DNA from: an uncultured Candidatus Binatia bacterium
GTDB lineage: Bacteria > Desulfobacterota > Binatia > UBA9968 > JAJDTQ01
DNA length: 64,000 bases
NCBI GenBank assembly: GCA_965242525.1
Contig: OZ251459.1
Location: 608,001 to 672,000 of the forward strand
Reading direction: 5' to 3'
This document shows positions 46,457 through 56,193 of this stretch, piece by piece. Under the pieces are notes generated by a model. It saw nothing but the letters and a program-made list of their open reading frames with translations. It made no database searches and was not told where the DNA came from. Made by a program: the position numbers and the translations under genes. How positions within the stretch are numbered: position 1 is the stretch's first letter; every line of letters begins with the position of its first letter.

Positions 46457-46765
46457 ATGGCAGGTTACGTCAAGGTGGCGACCACGGATGAAGTGGCGCC
46501 GGGCCAGCCCAAGCTGGTGGAGGTCAACGGCCGCAGGGTGGCCCTGTTCAACCTGGACGGGTCCTTCTACGCCATCGACGACCTCTGCACCCATCGCGGC
46601 GCGCCGTTGTCCGAGGGGGAGGTCATGGGCAAGGACGTCCAGTGCCCGTGGCACGGCGCGCTGTTCGACATCGCCACGGGCGAGGCCTCCGGCCCTCCCG
46701 CGGAGGCCGGGGTGGATGTGTTCAAGGTCCGCGTGGAAGGGTCGGATATCGAGGTCGAGGTCTGA
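46457..46765 (+). CDS. Rieske-type [2Fe-2S] ferredoxin
   Basis: CTH..CPWHG; GGAGG RBS. Confidence 0.93.
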   Translation: MAGYVKVATTDEVAPGQPKLVEVNGRRVALFNLDGSFYAIDDLCTHRGAPLSEGEVMGKDVQCPWHGALFDIATGEASGPPAEAGVDVFKVRVEGSDIEVEV

Positions 46766-46830
46766 TCGGACGGCGCCCCGCGGGGGTTGCATGCCCCGGG
46801 GAACCGGGACCGTGCGGGAAACGCATGAAG

Positions 46831-47009
46831 GGAAACCCTGAACGACGACTCCCCGTCAGGAAGACTCCGAACGAGTTGCAACTATCCCCCGTTCGTCATG
46901 AGCGTAACGAAGCAATATCCCCGTTCGTCCTGAGCGTAGCGAAGCGAAGTCGAAGGACGCGCTTTCCCGCAGGGAAGGGGAAATCGAGCCGGAATCGACC
47001 AGACGTTCC
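46831..47009 (+). repeat. GGAA-ended MITE with tandem REP-A units
   Basis: GGAAACCCTGAAC..CCAGACGTTCC. Confidence 0.8.
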
Positions 47010-47038
47010 CAATCGGGAGTTCCAGGAAGGAGAGAGCC

Positions 47039-47362
47039 ATGGCGGATGACGTTCGCAGCAGGATCGAGGACCAGGTGAAGAACAACCGGGTGATGGTGTT
47101 CATGAAGGGGACCCCGAACTTCCCCCAGTGCGGTTTCTCCGCTCACACGGTGGAGATCCTGCGCGCCCACGACGCGGAGTTCGAGAGCTTCGACGTGCTG
47201 TCCGACCCCGCGGTGAGGGAAGGCGTCAAGCAGTACTCCAACTGGCCCACCATCCCGCAGGTCTATATCGACGGCAAGTTCGTGGGCGGCTGCGACATCG
47301 TCCACGAACTGCACGAGCGGGGCGAGCTCGGCGCGCTGCTCGAGCCCGCGGCCGGGGAGTAG
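47039..47362 (+). CDS. grxD: Monothiol glutaredoxin (Grx4)
   Basis: FMKGTP..CGFS; WPTIPQ; GGCD. Confidence 0.95.
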   Translation: MADDVRSRIEDQVKNNRVMVFMKGTPNFPQCGFSAHTVEILRAHDAEFESFDVLSDPAVREGVKQYSNWPTIPQVYIDGKFVGGCDIVHELHERGELGALLEPAAGE

Positions 47363-47454
47363 CCGTCGGACGCCGCGTCCGGGGCTTCGGCGCGGACGGG
47401 GGCGTCCGTGCGCCGGGTCGAAAGTCCCGCGGATGGTCTCCGGCGAAAGCCTTT

Positions 47455-47559
47455 GGGACACTCCGAGAAATCGTTCCCGTTCGTCCCGGGCGTAGCGAAG
47501 CGAAGTCGCAGGACGCGCTTTCCCGAGGGAACGATGGTTTCGATCGGACGGTCCTTTCC
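47455..47559 (+). repeat. Degenerate MITE with REP-A core
   Basis: CCCGTTCGTCCCGGGCGTAGCGAAGCGAAGTCGCAGGACG. Confidence 0.7.
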
Positions 47560-47626
47560 ACTGCCCGCGGCCCCCGCTCCCGTATCGATGCGCGCCCGGG
47601 CCTGAGCCCGCCAGGGAGGGAGACCC

Positions 47627-48037
47627 ACGGCTTCGCCATACGAAGAGATCGGCCCGGAGCGTCTGCGGGAAGTGGTGGACGTCTTCGTGGACCGGATATT
47701 CGACGACGTGATGATCGGCTTCTTCTTCCGCAACGCGGACCGCGGCCGGATCAAGGAGTTGGAGTTCCAGTTCACCGCGCGTTCCCTGGGCGCCGACGTG
47801 GAGTACCGGGGGCGCCCCCTGGAGCAGGCCCACGCGCCGCATCCCATCATGGGCGGACAGTTCGCGCGGCGGCTCCAGATCCTGCGCGAGACCCTGGACG
47901 AGTTCCGGGTCCCCGAATCCGTGCGCGCCGCGTGGCTGGACCACACCGAGAGCCTGCGCTCGCTCATCACCCGGGACCGGGGCTCCGACTGCGATCCTGC
48001 AGTAGCCCGGCGCAAGGCCCTGGGCCTTCGGTCATGA
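47627..48037 (+). CDS. Group 1 truncated (2/2) hemoglobin
   Basis: YEEIG..LREVVDVF; IGFFF; LGADVEYRGRPLEQAH; start is ACG 47627 or GTG 47672. Confidence 0.82.
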   Translation, partial: TASPYEEIGPERLREVVDVFVDRIFDDVMIGFFFRNADRGRIKELEFQFTARSLGADVEYRGRPLEQAHAPHPIMGGQFARRLQILRETLDEFRVPESVRAAWLDHTESLRSLITRDRGSDCDPAVARRKALGLRS

Positions 48038-48987
48038 CCCCGGTCCGGGACGACGCGCTGGTGGTCAAGACGGCCCGGGACGAGGCCTTCGCCCTGGCCC
48101 TCTACCTGAGGCTGCGCGACATCGAGACCGGCGAGGTCCACAACGTCCTGACGCAGTTGGCGGCGGTGGAGCAGGGGCACGTGGCCTTCTGGACCAGCCT
48201 CGCCGGGCTCGACCGCCTGTCCCTGGACCGGGGCCAGCGGTTCCGGCTGGGCCTCCTCGTCGTCTTGCGGCGGCTGTTCGGCGTCGGCATGACGTTCCTC
48301 ATACTCGAAGCGGTGGAGATCTACGGGGTCAACAAGTACTGGGCCCTCTGGGAGCGCCACAAGGACACGCTCCAGGGGCCGCGGATACGCGAGGTCCTCC
48401 AGGACGAGTTCGGCCACGAGGACCGGCTCGTGGCCAACCTCACCGGCCGGCGGCTGAACGCCGAACGGGTCCGCGACATCTTCCTGGGCCTCAACGACGG
48501 CCTGGTGGAGGTGCTCGGCAGCGTCAGCGGCTTCTACGCCTCGTTCGGGGACCCCGTCTATGTCCTGGTGGCCGGCCTCACGGTGGCGGTGGCCGGCTCC
48601 ATCTCCATGGCCGCGGGCGTGTTGGCTTCTTCCCGCTCCCAACTGGAGGTGCAGCGGATCGAGAACGCCAAGCGCAGCTTCTTCGACCCCGGTTCCGAAC
48701 CGCTGCCGGAGACGCGCCCGCTGGCCGCGGCCCTGGCGGTGGCCGCTTCCTACCTGGCGGGCGCGCTGTTCCCCATCTTTCCGGTGCTCCTGGGCGCGGC
48801 CACTCCGCTGTGGTCGGTACTGGTGGGCGGAGTCATGGCGACCCTGGTCACCATGCTGTTGTCCTTCCTGTCCGGCATGGACGTCCGGTCCCGGGTGCTC
48901 CAGAACGTGTTGCTGGTGGCCGCGGCCGTAGCCGTCACCTACGGCCTGGGAACGCTGGTCAGGCATCTCTGGCAGGTTGCCGTGTAA
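48034..48987 (+). CDS. VIT1/CCC1 transporter with N-terminal ferritin-like domain
   Basis: EQGH and EFGHE (ExxH) motifs; LGLNDGLVE; AGSISMAAG. Confidence 0.88.
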   Translation: MTPVRDDALVVKTARDEAFALALYLRLRDIETGEVHNVLTQLAAVEQGHVAFWTSLAGLDRLSLDRGQRFRLGLLVVLRRLFGVGMTFLILEAVEIYGVNKYWALWERHKDTLQGPRIREVLQDEFGHEDRLVANLTGRRLNAERVRDIFLGLNDGLVEVLGSVSGFYASFGDPVYVLVAGLTVAVAGSISMAAGVLASSRSQLEVQRIENAKRSFFDPGSEPLPETRPLAAALAVAASYLAGALFPIFPVLLGAATPLWSVLVGGVMATLVTMLLSFLSGMDVRSRVLQNVLLVAAAVAVTYGLGTLVRHLWQVAV

Positions 48988-49026
48988 GGGGGCCGGCGCG
49001 CTCCTTGCGCACACCGGCGAGGCCAC

Positions 49027-50616
49027 ATGGGAAACCGGGACACCGCAGCCGCGCGGGACTACCACGAGAAGACCTGCCACTCCCCGGCAAGCGTCCGCAG
49101 CGGTCCGCACTCCCTGGACTGGGACAACCAGCCCCACCCCTTCAAGGTGTACGAGGCTCCGGGTTCGCTGCCCCTGGAGCAGCGCCTGGGGTCGTCGGAC
49201 ACGCCCGCGCTGCGGGCCATCTCCGAGTCCGCTCCGGAAGGCCACAGGCAGGTCACCCGGCAGGAGCTGGGGGAGTTGCTGTTCCTCTGCGCCGGCGTCA
49301 CCCGGCGGCGGCGCTATTTCGGCGGCGAGATGCTGTTTCGGGCGGCCGCGTGCACGGGCGCGTTGTACCACATCGACATCTACCTGGCGGCCGGTCCGTT
49401 GGCCGACCTCGATGCGGGCGTCTATCACTTCGCCCCCGAACGGTTCGCCCTCACCCCCTTGCGGGCGGGGGACCACCGGGGCGCGCTGGCGGAGGCGTCC
49501 GGCGGCGAGCCGGCCGTGGCCCATGCGCCGGCCGTGCTCGTGCTGGCATCGACTTTCTGGCGCAATAGCTGGAAGTACCGCGCCCGCGCCTACCGGCACT
49601 GCTTCTGGGACGGCGGCACCGTGCTGGCCAACTGCCTGGCCGCGGCTTCGGCCCGGGGCATCCCGGCCCGGGCGGTGATGGGGTTTGCGGACGCCGCGGT
49701 CAACCGCCTGCTCGGCCTCGACCCGGACCGGGAGGCGGCCCTGTGCATGGTCCCCGTGGGCCGTTCGGCCTCGGCCGCGGCGCCCTCCGGGGAGCGGGCG
49801 CCGGCCCTGGACCTGGCCACCCGGCCGCTGTCGGCGCACGAGGTGGACTACCCGCTCATCCGGGAGACCCACGCGGCCTCGAGCCTGGAGAGCGGCGACG
49901 AGGTCCGCCGCTGGCGCGAGGAGGCCGAGGCCGGCGCCGGCGTGTCAGGGGCCGACGAGGCCGGCAGCGACGAGGCGGAGGCCGGGCAAACGCAAGCCGC
50001 GGTCCCCGAACTGCCCTTGGATCTCGAGTCCGCGCCGTCGCTTCCCGCGGCCGGCCTGGAGCAGGCGGTCCTGCGCCGGGGCTCCACCCGGCGCTTTTCC
50101 CACGAGTCCATCACTTTCGCCCAGTTGTCCAACGCCCTGCACTACGCCACCCGGGGCGTGGCCACGGACGCGGACCCTTCCGGCGCCCGGCCCCTGAACC
50201 AGCTCTACCTCATCGTCAACCACGTGGACGGCATGGCCCCCGGCGCCTACGTGCTGGACCGCGGCCGCGGACGCCTGCAACTCCTCCGGGAAGGGCAGTT
50301 CCGCAAGGAGGCCGGCTTCCTGGGGCTGGGACAGGAGATCCCCGCGGACGCCAGCGTCAACGTCTATTTCCTCGCCGACCTGGAGCCGGTGCTCCGGCGC
50401 TACGGCAACCGCGGCTACCGGCTCGCCGGGATGGAGGCCGGGGTCGAGGCCGGCCGCCTCTACCTGGCGGCCTACGCCCAGGGTATCGGGGCTTCGGGGC
50501 TGACCTTCTTCGACCACGAGGTGACGCGCTTCTTCTCGCCCCACGCCGCGGGCAAGAGCGTCATGTTCCTGATGGCGCTGGGTCGGCGGCTGCGGTCGAA
50601 GAAGGCGGGCGGCTAA
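49027..50616 (+). CDS. SagB/ThcOx-family nitroreductase-like protein (two domains)
   Basis: YHEKT..LDWDNQP; ACTGALY; WKYRARAYR; RRGSTR; YGNRGYR. Confidence 0.88.
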   Translation: MGNRDTAAARDYHEKTCHSPASVRSGPHSLDWDNQPHPFKVYEAPGSLPLEQRLGSSDTPALRAISESAPEGHRQVTRQELGELLFLCAGVTRRRRYFGGEMLFRAAACTGALYHIDIYLAAGPLADLDAGVYHFAPERFALTPLRAGDHRGALAEASGGEPAVAHAPAVLVLASTFWRNSWKYRARAYRHCFWDGGTVLANCLAAASARGIPARAVMGFADAAVNRLLGLDPDREAALCMVPVGRSASAAAPSGERAPALDLATRPLSAHEVDYPLIRETHAASSLESGDEVRRWREEAEAGAGVSGADEAGSDEAEAGQTQAAVPELPLDLESAPSLPAAGLEQAVLRRGSTRRFSHESITFAQLSNALHYATRGVATDADPSGARPLNQLYLIVNHVDGMAPGAYVLDRGRGRLQLLREGQFRKEAGFLGLGQEIPADASVNVYFLADLEPVLRRYGNRGYRLAGMEAGVEAGRLYLAAYAQGIGASGLTFFDHEVTRFFSPHAAGKSVMFLMALGRRLRSKKAGG

Positions 50617-52142
50617 CGCCGGCTCCAGGCCAGCCAGCGCCGGAACACCTTCTTCACCAGGGGCGTCAGCCGCGTGCGGTTGTAGGCGTCGCCGGCCTGC
50701 TTGATGGCCTCGGCCTGGGTGGGGTAGGGGTGGATGACGTTGCCGATGGCGCCGAGGCCGACTTTCCCGGCCATGGCCAGGGTGATCTCGCTGATCATCT
50801 CGCCGGCGTGGCGGGCCACGATGGTGCCCCCGACGATCTTGTCGGTCCCCTTCCTGACGTGGACCTTGACGAAACCGTTTTCCTCGCCGTCGGCCAGGGC
50901 CCGATCGACTTCCCGGAGCTCCCGCACGAAGGTGTCGATGGCCACCCCCTGGCGCTCGGCGTCCCGCTCGTACAGGCCCACGTGGGCGATTTCCGGGTCG
51001 GTGTAGGTAGCCCAGGGCATGATGAGCGAGCTCAGTTTCCTGCTCTTGTAGAACAGCGCGTTCTGGATGATGATGCGCGCCGCGGCGTCGGCCGCGTGGG
51101 TGAACTTCCAGTCCATGCATACGTCGCCGCCCGCGAAGATGCGCGGATTGGTGGTCTGCAGGTAGTCGTTGACCACGATGCCCCGGGCGGGGTCGTACTG
51201 CACCCCCACCCCGTCCAGGTTGAGGCCGTCCACGTTGGGGGTGCGCCCGGCCCCCACCAGCACTTCGTCCACGGCCACCGAGTCCGCGGCCCCGTCCACC
51301 TCGAAATGGATCGTCTTCCGGCCGTTCTCCGCGGCCACCCGGGTGATGGCGCTGTTGAGCACGAGATCGATCCCCTCCTGCACGAACCGGTCCTGCACGA
51401 TGGCCGCGGCGTCGGCGTCCTCGCGGTTCAGGATGTGGCCGCCGTTGTGGAACAGCGACACTTGGCAACCCAGGCGCTGGAAGGTCTGCGCCAGTTCGCA
51501 GCCGATGGGGCCGGCGCCGATGACGGCGAGCCGCTGCGGCCGCTCGGTGAGGGAGAAGACCGTCTCGTTGGTGAGGTAGCCGGCCTCCGCCAGCCCCTCG
51601 ACAGGCGGCCGCGGCGCGTCCGCCCGGGCCCCCGAGGCGACGACGGCCTTCTTGAAGTGCAGCGCCCGGCCGTCCACCTCCACGGTCTCCGGGCCGGAGA
51701 ACCGCGCCTCCCCGAGGAACACGTCGACCCCCAGGTCGGTGAAGCGCTTCACCGAGTCGTGGTGGCTGATGTGGGAGCGGATCCGCCGCATGCGTTCCAT
51801 GACCGCGGCGAAGTCCACTTCCACGTCTTCCGGCCGGCGGAGGCCGAACAGTCCGGCTTCGCGGATCTCCGCGGCCGCGCGCGACGAACGGATGATGCAC
51901 TTGGACGGGACGCATCCCACGTTCAGGCAGTCGCCGCCCAGGTAGTGGCGCTCCACCAGGGCGACCCTGGCGCCGAGGCCCGCGGCCCCCGCCGCGGTCA
52001 CCAGCCCCGCGGTGCCGGCGCCGATGACCACCAGGTTGTAGCGGTCCGCGGGCGCGGGGTTGGTCCAGTCCTCCGGGTGGGTGTTGGACCCCAGCACCCG
52101 GTTGTAGTCGTCCTGCGGCGAAAGCTGCGGAATGTTGCGCAT
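50613..52142 (-). CDS. Mercuric-reductase-like flavin disulfide oxidoreductase
   Basis: GAGTAG; GGDCLNVGCVPSK; FTHAAD; HPYPT; no C-terminal CC pair and no HMA domain. Confidence 0.88.
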   Translation of the reverse strand: MRNIPQLSPQDDYNRVLGSNTHPEDWTNPAPADRYNLVVIGAGTAGLVTAAGAAGLGARVALVERHYLGGDCLNVGCVPSKCIIRSSRAAAEIREAGLFGLRRPEDVEVDFAAVMERMRRIRSHISHHDSVKRFTDLGVDVFLGEARFSGPETVEVDGRALHFKKAVVASGARADAPRPPVEGLAEAGYLTNETVFSLTERPQRLAVIGAGPIGCELAQTFQRLGCQVSLFHNGGHILNREDADAAAIVQDRFVQEGIDLVLNSAITRVAAENGRKTIHFEVDGAADSVAVDEVLVGAGRTPNVDGLNLDGVGVQYDPARGIVVNDYLQTTNPRIFAGGDVCMDWKFTHAADAAARIIIQNALFYKSRKLSSLIMPWATYTDPEIAHVGLYERDAERQGVAIDTFVRELREVDRALADGEENGFVKVHVRKGTDKIVGGTIVARHAGEMISEITLAMAGKVGLGAIGNVIHPYPTQAEAIKQAGDAYNRTRLTPLVKKVFRRWLAWSRR

Positions 52143-52204
52143 GAGTCCGTCCTCCCAACCCTTTGGCGGCCCGTCCGTATGCCGGGGCCCTTGCGGCCCG
52201 GCCC

Positions 52205-52903
52205 CTACGGCGCCTTCGCCTGCTTCCTCCGGTTGACGAGGGCGACGCATTTCTTGGCGATGAGGGGAAAGAGCCCCAGCAGTGCGAAGGAGAGGAGGAG
52301 CTGCCACGAAAGGATGCCGGCCAGGGAATCGATGCGGGCCAGTTGGGTGCCGGCGTTGACATAGACGACGGTGCCGGGGAGCATGCCGAGTTGGCTCACG
52401 AAGAAGAACTGCGCCGTGCGGATGGGCGTCAACCCCATCACGAGGTTGATGACGAAGAACGGAATGACCGGGATCAGCCGCATGGTGAAGAGGTAGAACA
52501 TCCCCTCGTTGGCGATGCCGTTGTTGATGGCCTCGAGCCGGTCCCCGAACTTTCCCTGGACGCTGTCCCGCAGAAGGAAACGGGCCACCAGGAACGCCAG
52601 GGTGGCGCCGATGGTGCTGCAGAACGACACGATGACGGTCCCGGTGAGCACCCCGAACAGGGCGCCCCCCAGGAGCGTCAGCACCGCGGCGCCCGGCAGC
52701 GAGAGCGACGTCACCGCCACATAGACCGCGGCGTAGGCCGCGATGGTGACCGACGGACGCTGCTGGTAGTATGCCTGGTAGGCGTCCCGCTGCGCCTTGA
52801 TGAACTCCAGGTTGAAGTACCTTCCCAGGTCGAAGACGAAGAAGCAGACCACCAGGGCCGCCACCAGCACCACGAGGGCTATCTTCACGATCCGCTGGTT
52901 CAT
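52205..52903 (-). CDS. TVP38/TMEM64 (DedA-like) membrane protein
   Basis: SLPGAAVLTLLGGALFG; RLIPVIPF; GMLPGT. Confidence 0.92.
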   Translation of the reverse strand: MNQRIVKIALVVLVAALVVCFFVFDLGRYFNLEFIKAQRDAYQAYYQQRPSVTIAAYAAVYVAVTSLSLPGAAVLTLLGGALFGVLTGTVIVSFCSTIGATLAFLVARFLLRDSVQGKFGDRLEAINNGIANEGMFYLFTMRLIPVIPFFVINLVMGLTPIRTAQFFFVSQLGMLPGTVVYVNAGTQLARIDSLAGILSWQLLLSFALLGLFPLIAKKCVALVNRRKQAKAP

Positions 52904-52988
52904 GGACGCTCTCTCGAGGGCAGGGGCGCGCGGCCCCGGCCCCGCAACCGGGTTTCGATCGGCAGGGTTTCCTGGGCACGGTCCTTTG

Positions 52989-53095
52989 GGAACGTCTGAT
53001 CCATTCCGGCTCGAACTCCCTCTCCCGTGGGAAAGCGCGTCCTTCGACTTCGCTTCGCTACGCTCAGGACGAACGGAATCGTTGTTCGGAGTTTC
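52989..53095 (-). repeat. GGAA-ended MITE with REP-A core
   Basis: GGAACGTCTG..TTGTTCGGAGTTTC; reverse REP-A at 53038-53076. Confidence 0.8.
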
Positions 53096-53168
53096 TTTTA
53101 TACCCGTTGCCTTCCCATATGGCTACCGCGGTCCCCCGGCGTTGACGAACGGGTCCCCGGTCCCCATG

Positions 53169-53307
53169 GGAACGTCTGGACAACCGAGACACCGAGGATG
53201 GGTTCCCAATTCCTTCACCCTGCCCCCTGTCCCCGTTCGTCCTGAGCGTAGCGAAGCGGAGTCGAAGGACGCGCTCATGCCCCTTGTCCTGATCGTTCGG
53301 AGTTTCC
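53169..53307 (+). repeat. GGAA-ended MITE with REP-A core
   Basis: GGAACGTCTGGACAAC..GATCGTTCGGAGTTTCC. Confidence 0.8.
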
Positions 53308-53320
53308 TATAGTCGAGGGG

Positions 53321-54085
53321 ATGTCTCGGGGGAACTCCGCGAAGGGCGGGCCGCCCGCGCCGGCCCTGGCCGTCATGGCGCGGGCGCCGGTCCCGGGCCG
53401 GGTCAAGACCCGGCTGTGTCCGCCGCTCACCCCGGAGGAGGCGGCCGACTTCTACGACTGCCTGCTGCGGGACGTGCTCGGGGACCTGTCCCGCTCGGAG
53501 CGGTGGGACACGTGGGTGGCGTATGCGGAGCGCAGCCGGGACTACTTCCTGAAGCTGGGGGAGTGCCGGGTGGCCCTGCTGCCCCAGCGCGGCGCCTCGC
53601 TGGGGGACCGCATGCACGCGGTGTTCGTGGACCTGCGCCGGGCGGGCTACCGGCAGGTGGTCCTGGTGGGCAGCGACGTCCCGACCCTTGCCAAGGCTTC
53701 CGTCAGGGCCGCGTGCGAGGTCCTGGAACGGGACCGGTGCGACGTGGCGCTCGGCCCCGCCCACGACGGCGGCTACTATCTCATGGGCCTCAGCCGTCCG
53801 GTGGAAGGGCTCTTCCGCGGCGTCTCCTGGAGCACCGGCTCGGTCCTGGACCAGACCCTGGCCCGTGCCCGGGAGTTGGGTCTGCGGACGCATCTCGTGG
53901 CCGCCGAGTACGACGTCGACGTGGCCGAGGACATGCAGCGGCTCCGGCGGGACCTGGAGGGTTCCCGCGAGCTGCGCGCCCGCCGCCCCCGGACCCACGC
54001 CTGGATGAGCCGGCGAGCGCGGGTTGCGCCGGAGGTCAGGACGCGCGGAGATGGCGGCGGGCAGCGCGGATGGCCTTGGCGCTGA
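53321..54085 (+). CDS. TIGR04282/DUF2064 family transferase (CofC-like)
   Basis: MARAPVPGRVKTRL; QRGASLGDRM; GSDVP; GPAHDGGYYL; WST; DVD. Confidence 0.88.
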   Translation: MSRGNSAKGGPPAPALAVMARAPVPGRVKTRLCPPLTPEEAADFYDCLLRDVLGDLSRSERWDTWVAYAERSRDYFLKLGECRVALLPQRGASLGDRMHAVFVDLRRAGYRQVVLVGSDVPTLAKASVRAACEVLERDRCDVALGPAHDGGYYLMGLSRPVEGLFRGVSWSTGSVLDQTLARARELGLRTHLVAAEYDVDVAEDMQRLRRDLEGSRELRARRPRTHAWMSRRARVAPEVRTRGDGGGQRGWPWR

Positions 54086-55079
54086 GGGATGAGAGTGGAT
54101 GGGAGGGGAGCTCCGCGGCCCGGACCCAGCGCCACTCGGGTCCGTCCACCCGGACCTTTCGCCGCAGCACGTGGACCGGGGCGGTGATGCGCCTGTCCGT
54201 GATGGCGTGGCGGACCACCGCCGCGGGCTCGGACCTTCCCGGCGCGGCTTCCGCGGGCAGCGCCTCGGGTCCGGGAAGCTCCCAGAGGCCCGCGAGGATG
54301 CCGCCCTCCGGGCGGCGGTGGAGGAGGATCCGCGACTTCCACTCCACGAACACCATGGGCCATTCCACCGCACGGGCGCGCATGGGCCGCCGCCGCGGAA
54401 AGCCGAAGGAGCCGGTGGCGAGGGCCCGGCACCAGTGCCCCAGGGGGCAGCGCGGGCACTCGGGCGCGGAAGGGAGGCAGAGCGTCGCGCCCAGCTCCAT
54501 GACCGCCTGGTTGAAGTCCCCCGGCCGGGACCGGGACACCATCCGTTCCGCGGCTTCCTCCGCGGCCGCGGCCCCGTCCAGTCCCCACAGGCGCGCGTAC
54601 ACGCGCCGGACGTTCCCGTCGGTTGCGGCCCAGGGCTTGCCGAAGGCGATGCTCATGACCGCGCCCGCGGTGTATCGGCCGACCCCGGGCAGGCGCAGCA
54701 GCGCACGGTGTTCGGCCGGCAGCTTGCCTCCGTGCCGGCTTACCAGCAGCCGCGCCGCGAGTTTCAGGTTGGCGGCGCGCCGGTAGTATCCCAGTCCGCT
54801 CCAGACGCTCTGCACCTCGGGCAGGGTCGCCCGGTCCAGGGCCTCCACCGAGGGGAACGCTTCCATGAAGCGGCGGTAGTAGGGCAGCACCGCGGCCACC
54901 CGGGTCTGCTGCAGCATGGTCTCCGAGACCCAGATGGCGTAGGGGTCGCGGGTGGAGCGCCAGGGCAGGGGGCGCTTGTGCCGGTCGTACCAGCGCAGCA
55001 GGGCCGCGCGTATGCGGCTCCGCGCCCTTGCCGAGGTCCCGCCGCGGGCGTCCGGAGGGGCAGGTTCCCTGGCCGTCAC
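54036..55079 (-). CDS. mutY: A/G-specific adenine glycosylase
   Basis: RPLPWR; WVSETMLQQT; WSGLGYY; LPGVGRYTA; DGNV; CxxxxPxCxxCP; GLWE. Confidence 0.93.
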   Translation of the reverse strand: MTAREPAPPDARGGTSARARSRIRAALLRWYDRHKRPLPWRSTRDPYAIWVSETMLQQTRVAAVLPYYRRFMEAFPSVEALDRATLPEVQSVWSGLGYYRRAANLKLAARLLVSRHGGKLPAEHRALLRLPGVGRYTAGAVMSIAFGKPWAATDGNVRRVYARLWGLDGAAAAEEAAERMVSRSRPGDFNQAVMELGATLCLPSAPECPRCPLGHWCRALATGSFGFPRRRPMRARAVEWPMVFVEWKSRILLHRRPEGGILAGLWELPGPEALPAEAAPGRSEPAAVVRHAITDRRITAPVHVLRRKVRVDGPEWRWVRAAELPSHPLSSLSAKAIRAARRHLRAS

Positions 55080-55095
55080 GGGAAGGTCCGGGGCG

Positions 55096-56193
55096 TTAGT
55101 CGCGGATGTCCTGCAAGAACCACTCCCGGGGCAGCGGGTGTCCCAGCCCCCTGGCCTTGGCCAGCTCGAACGCGGTGCCGCCCACCGCGGCGAACTGGAG
55201 ACCCTGGGTGCCCTGGTTGTTGAGGAACGTCACCTGCCGGTCGCTGGTCCTGCCGGGCCACTTGCCGGCCATGAGGTCGGGTATGGTGCCGATGTCGGCG
55301 TTGTCGATCTCGCGGATGGGCGAGGGAGGGATCTTCGTCTTCTCCTCGTCGGTGCCGGCGATGTAGGCGAACATGCCGTCGCTGCCGTGGACGGTGCCCG
55401 GCGGGGGGTTGTCCAGCACCAGTGTAGAGGCTCCCAGGCGCGCCTGCAGGTCGCACTTGGCCAGTATCTCGGGGCCGGCTTCGTTGGAGCGGACGTTGGT
55501 AATGTGCATGCCCGGCTCCACCCATTCCGGCTGCATGACCTGCACCAGGGAGTCCGTGGTCAGGGCCACGATGTCGGCGCCGCGGCACGCTCGTTCGGCG
55601 TCACCGCAGGTCTCGACGGTGAGACCCAGTTGATCGCGCATCTCCGCGGCGAAGCTCTCGCGGTTGGCCCGGGTGGGGCTGAACACCCGCAGCAACTCGA
55701 TGTCGCGCACCTCGTGGATGGCCCGGGCGTAGGTCCGCGCCATCCCGCCGGAGCCGAGCATTCCCACCACCCTGGAGTCCTGGCGGGACAGGTACTTGAC
55801 CCCGAGTCCGGCGCAGGCGCCCACCCGCATGTGCTGCAGGTAGCCGTCGTTCATCAGCGCCAGCGGCTCGCCGTTTCGCACGCTCAGGAGGAATATCAGG
55901 CCGCAATAGGTGCCCGGCTCGATGCAGTACTTGTCCTCGGTCTCGAACTCCCCGTCCCGCTCCCACACGAGCATGTCCGACTTCATGCGGATGGCCATGT
56001 AGCCCAGGGACCGGGACGCGCCTTCCATGGTGCCCCAACGGTAGTAGTGGGGCTCCCGCGGCACGTAGAAGTCGATCCGCGGCCGGTACGCGGCCTCGTT
56101 CCGGGACAGGTCGCGGTAGGCGTCCTCCATGGCGGCGATGCAGGTCTTCATGTCGAGGACTTCCTGGATGTGCTCGTTGGTCAGGAACAGCAT
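55096..56193 (-). CDS. Ornithine cyclodeaminase/mu-crystallin family protein
   Basis: RVGACAGLG; LGSGGMA; PGMHI; GTQGLQFAA. Confidence 0.9.
   Translation of the reverse strand: MLFLTNEHIQEVLDMKTCIAAMEDAYRDLSRNEAAYRPRIDFYVPREPHYYRWGTMEGASRSLGYMAIRMKSDMLVWERDGEFETEDKYCIEPGTYCGLIFLLSVRNGEPLALMNDGYLQHMRVGACAGLGVKYLSRQDSRVVGMLGSGGMARTYARAIHEVRDIELLRVFSPTRANRESFAAEMRDQLGLTVETCGDAERACRGADIVALTTDSLVQVMQPEWVEPGMHITNVRSNEAGPEILAKCDLQARLGASTLVLDNPPPGTVHGSDGMFAYIAGTDEEKTKIPPSPIREIDNADIGTIPDLMAGKWPGRTSDRQVTFLNNQGTQGLQFAAVGGTAFELAKARGLGHPLPREWFLQDIRD

Noticed and set aside
47588-47605. ATG..TGA in frame with the globin, as Sec read-through
   Set aside because: The extension is not globin-like, and the RBS lies downstream of the TGA
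49027-50616. RiPP (azole) biosynthetic cluster around the SagB-like gene
   Set aside because: No YcaO enzyme or precursor peptide nearby
50613-52142. True mercuric reductase merA
   Set aside because: No C-terminal Cys pair and no merR/T/P genes nearby
47263-52364. Very long alternative-frame ORFs (e.g. 17963-20653, 23985-26351, 47263-49872, 49743-52364)
   Set aside because: Shadow ORFs of high-GC genes, Arg/Gly/Pro-rich with no family motifs of their own
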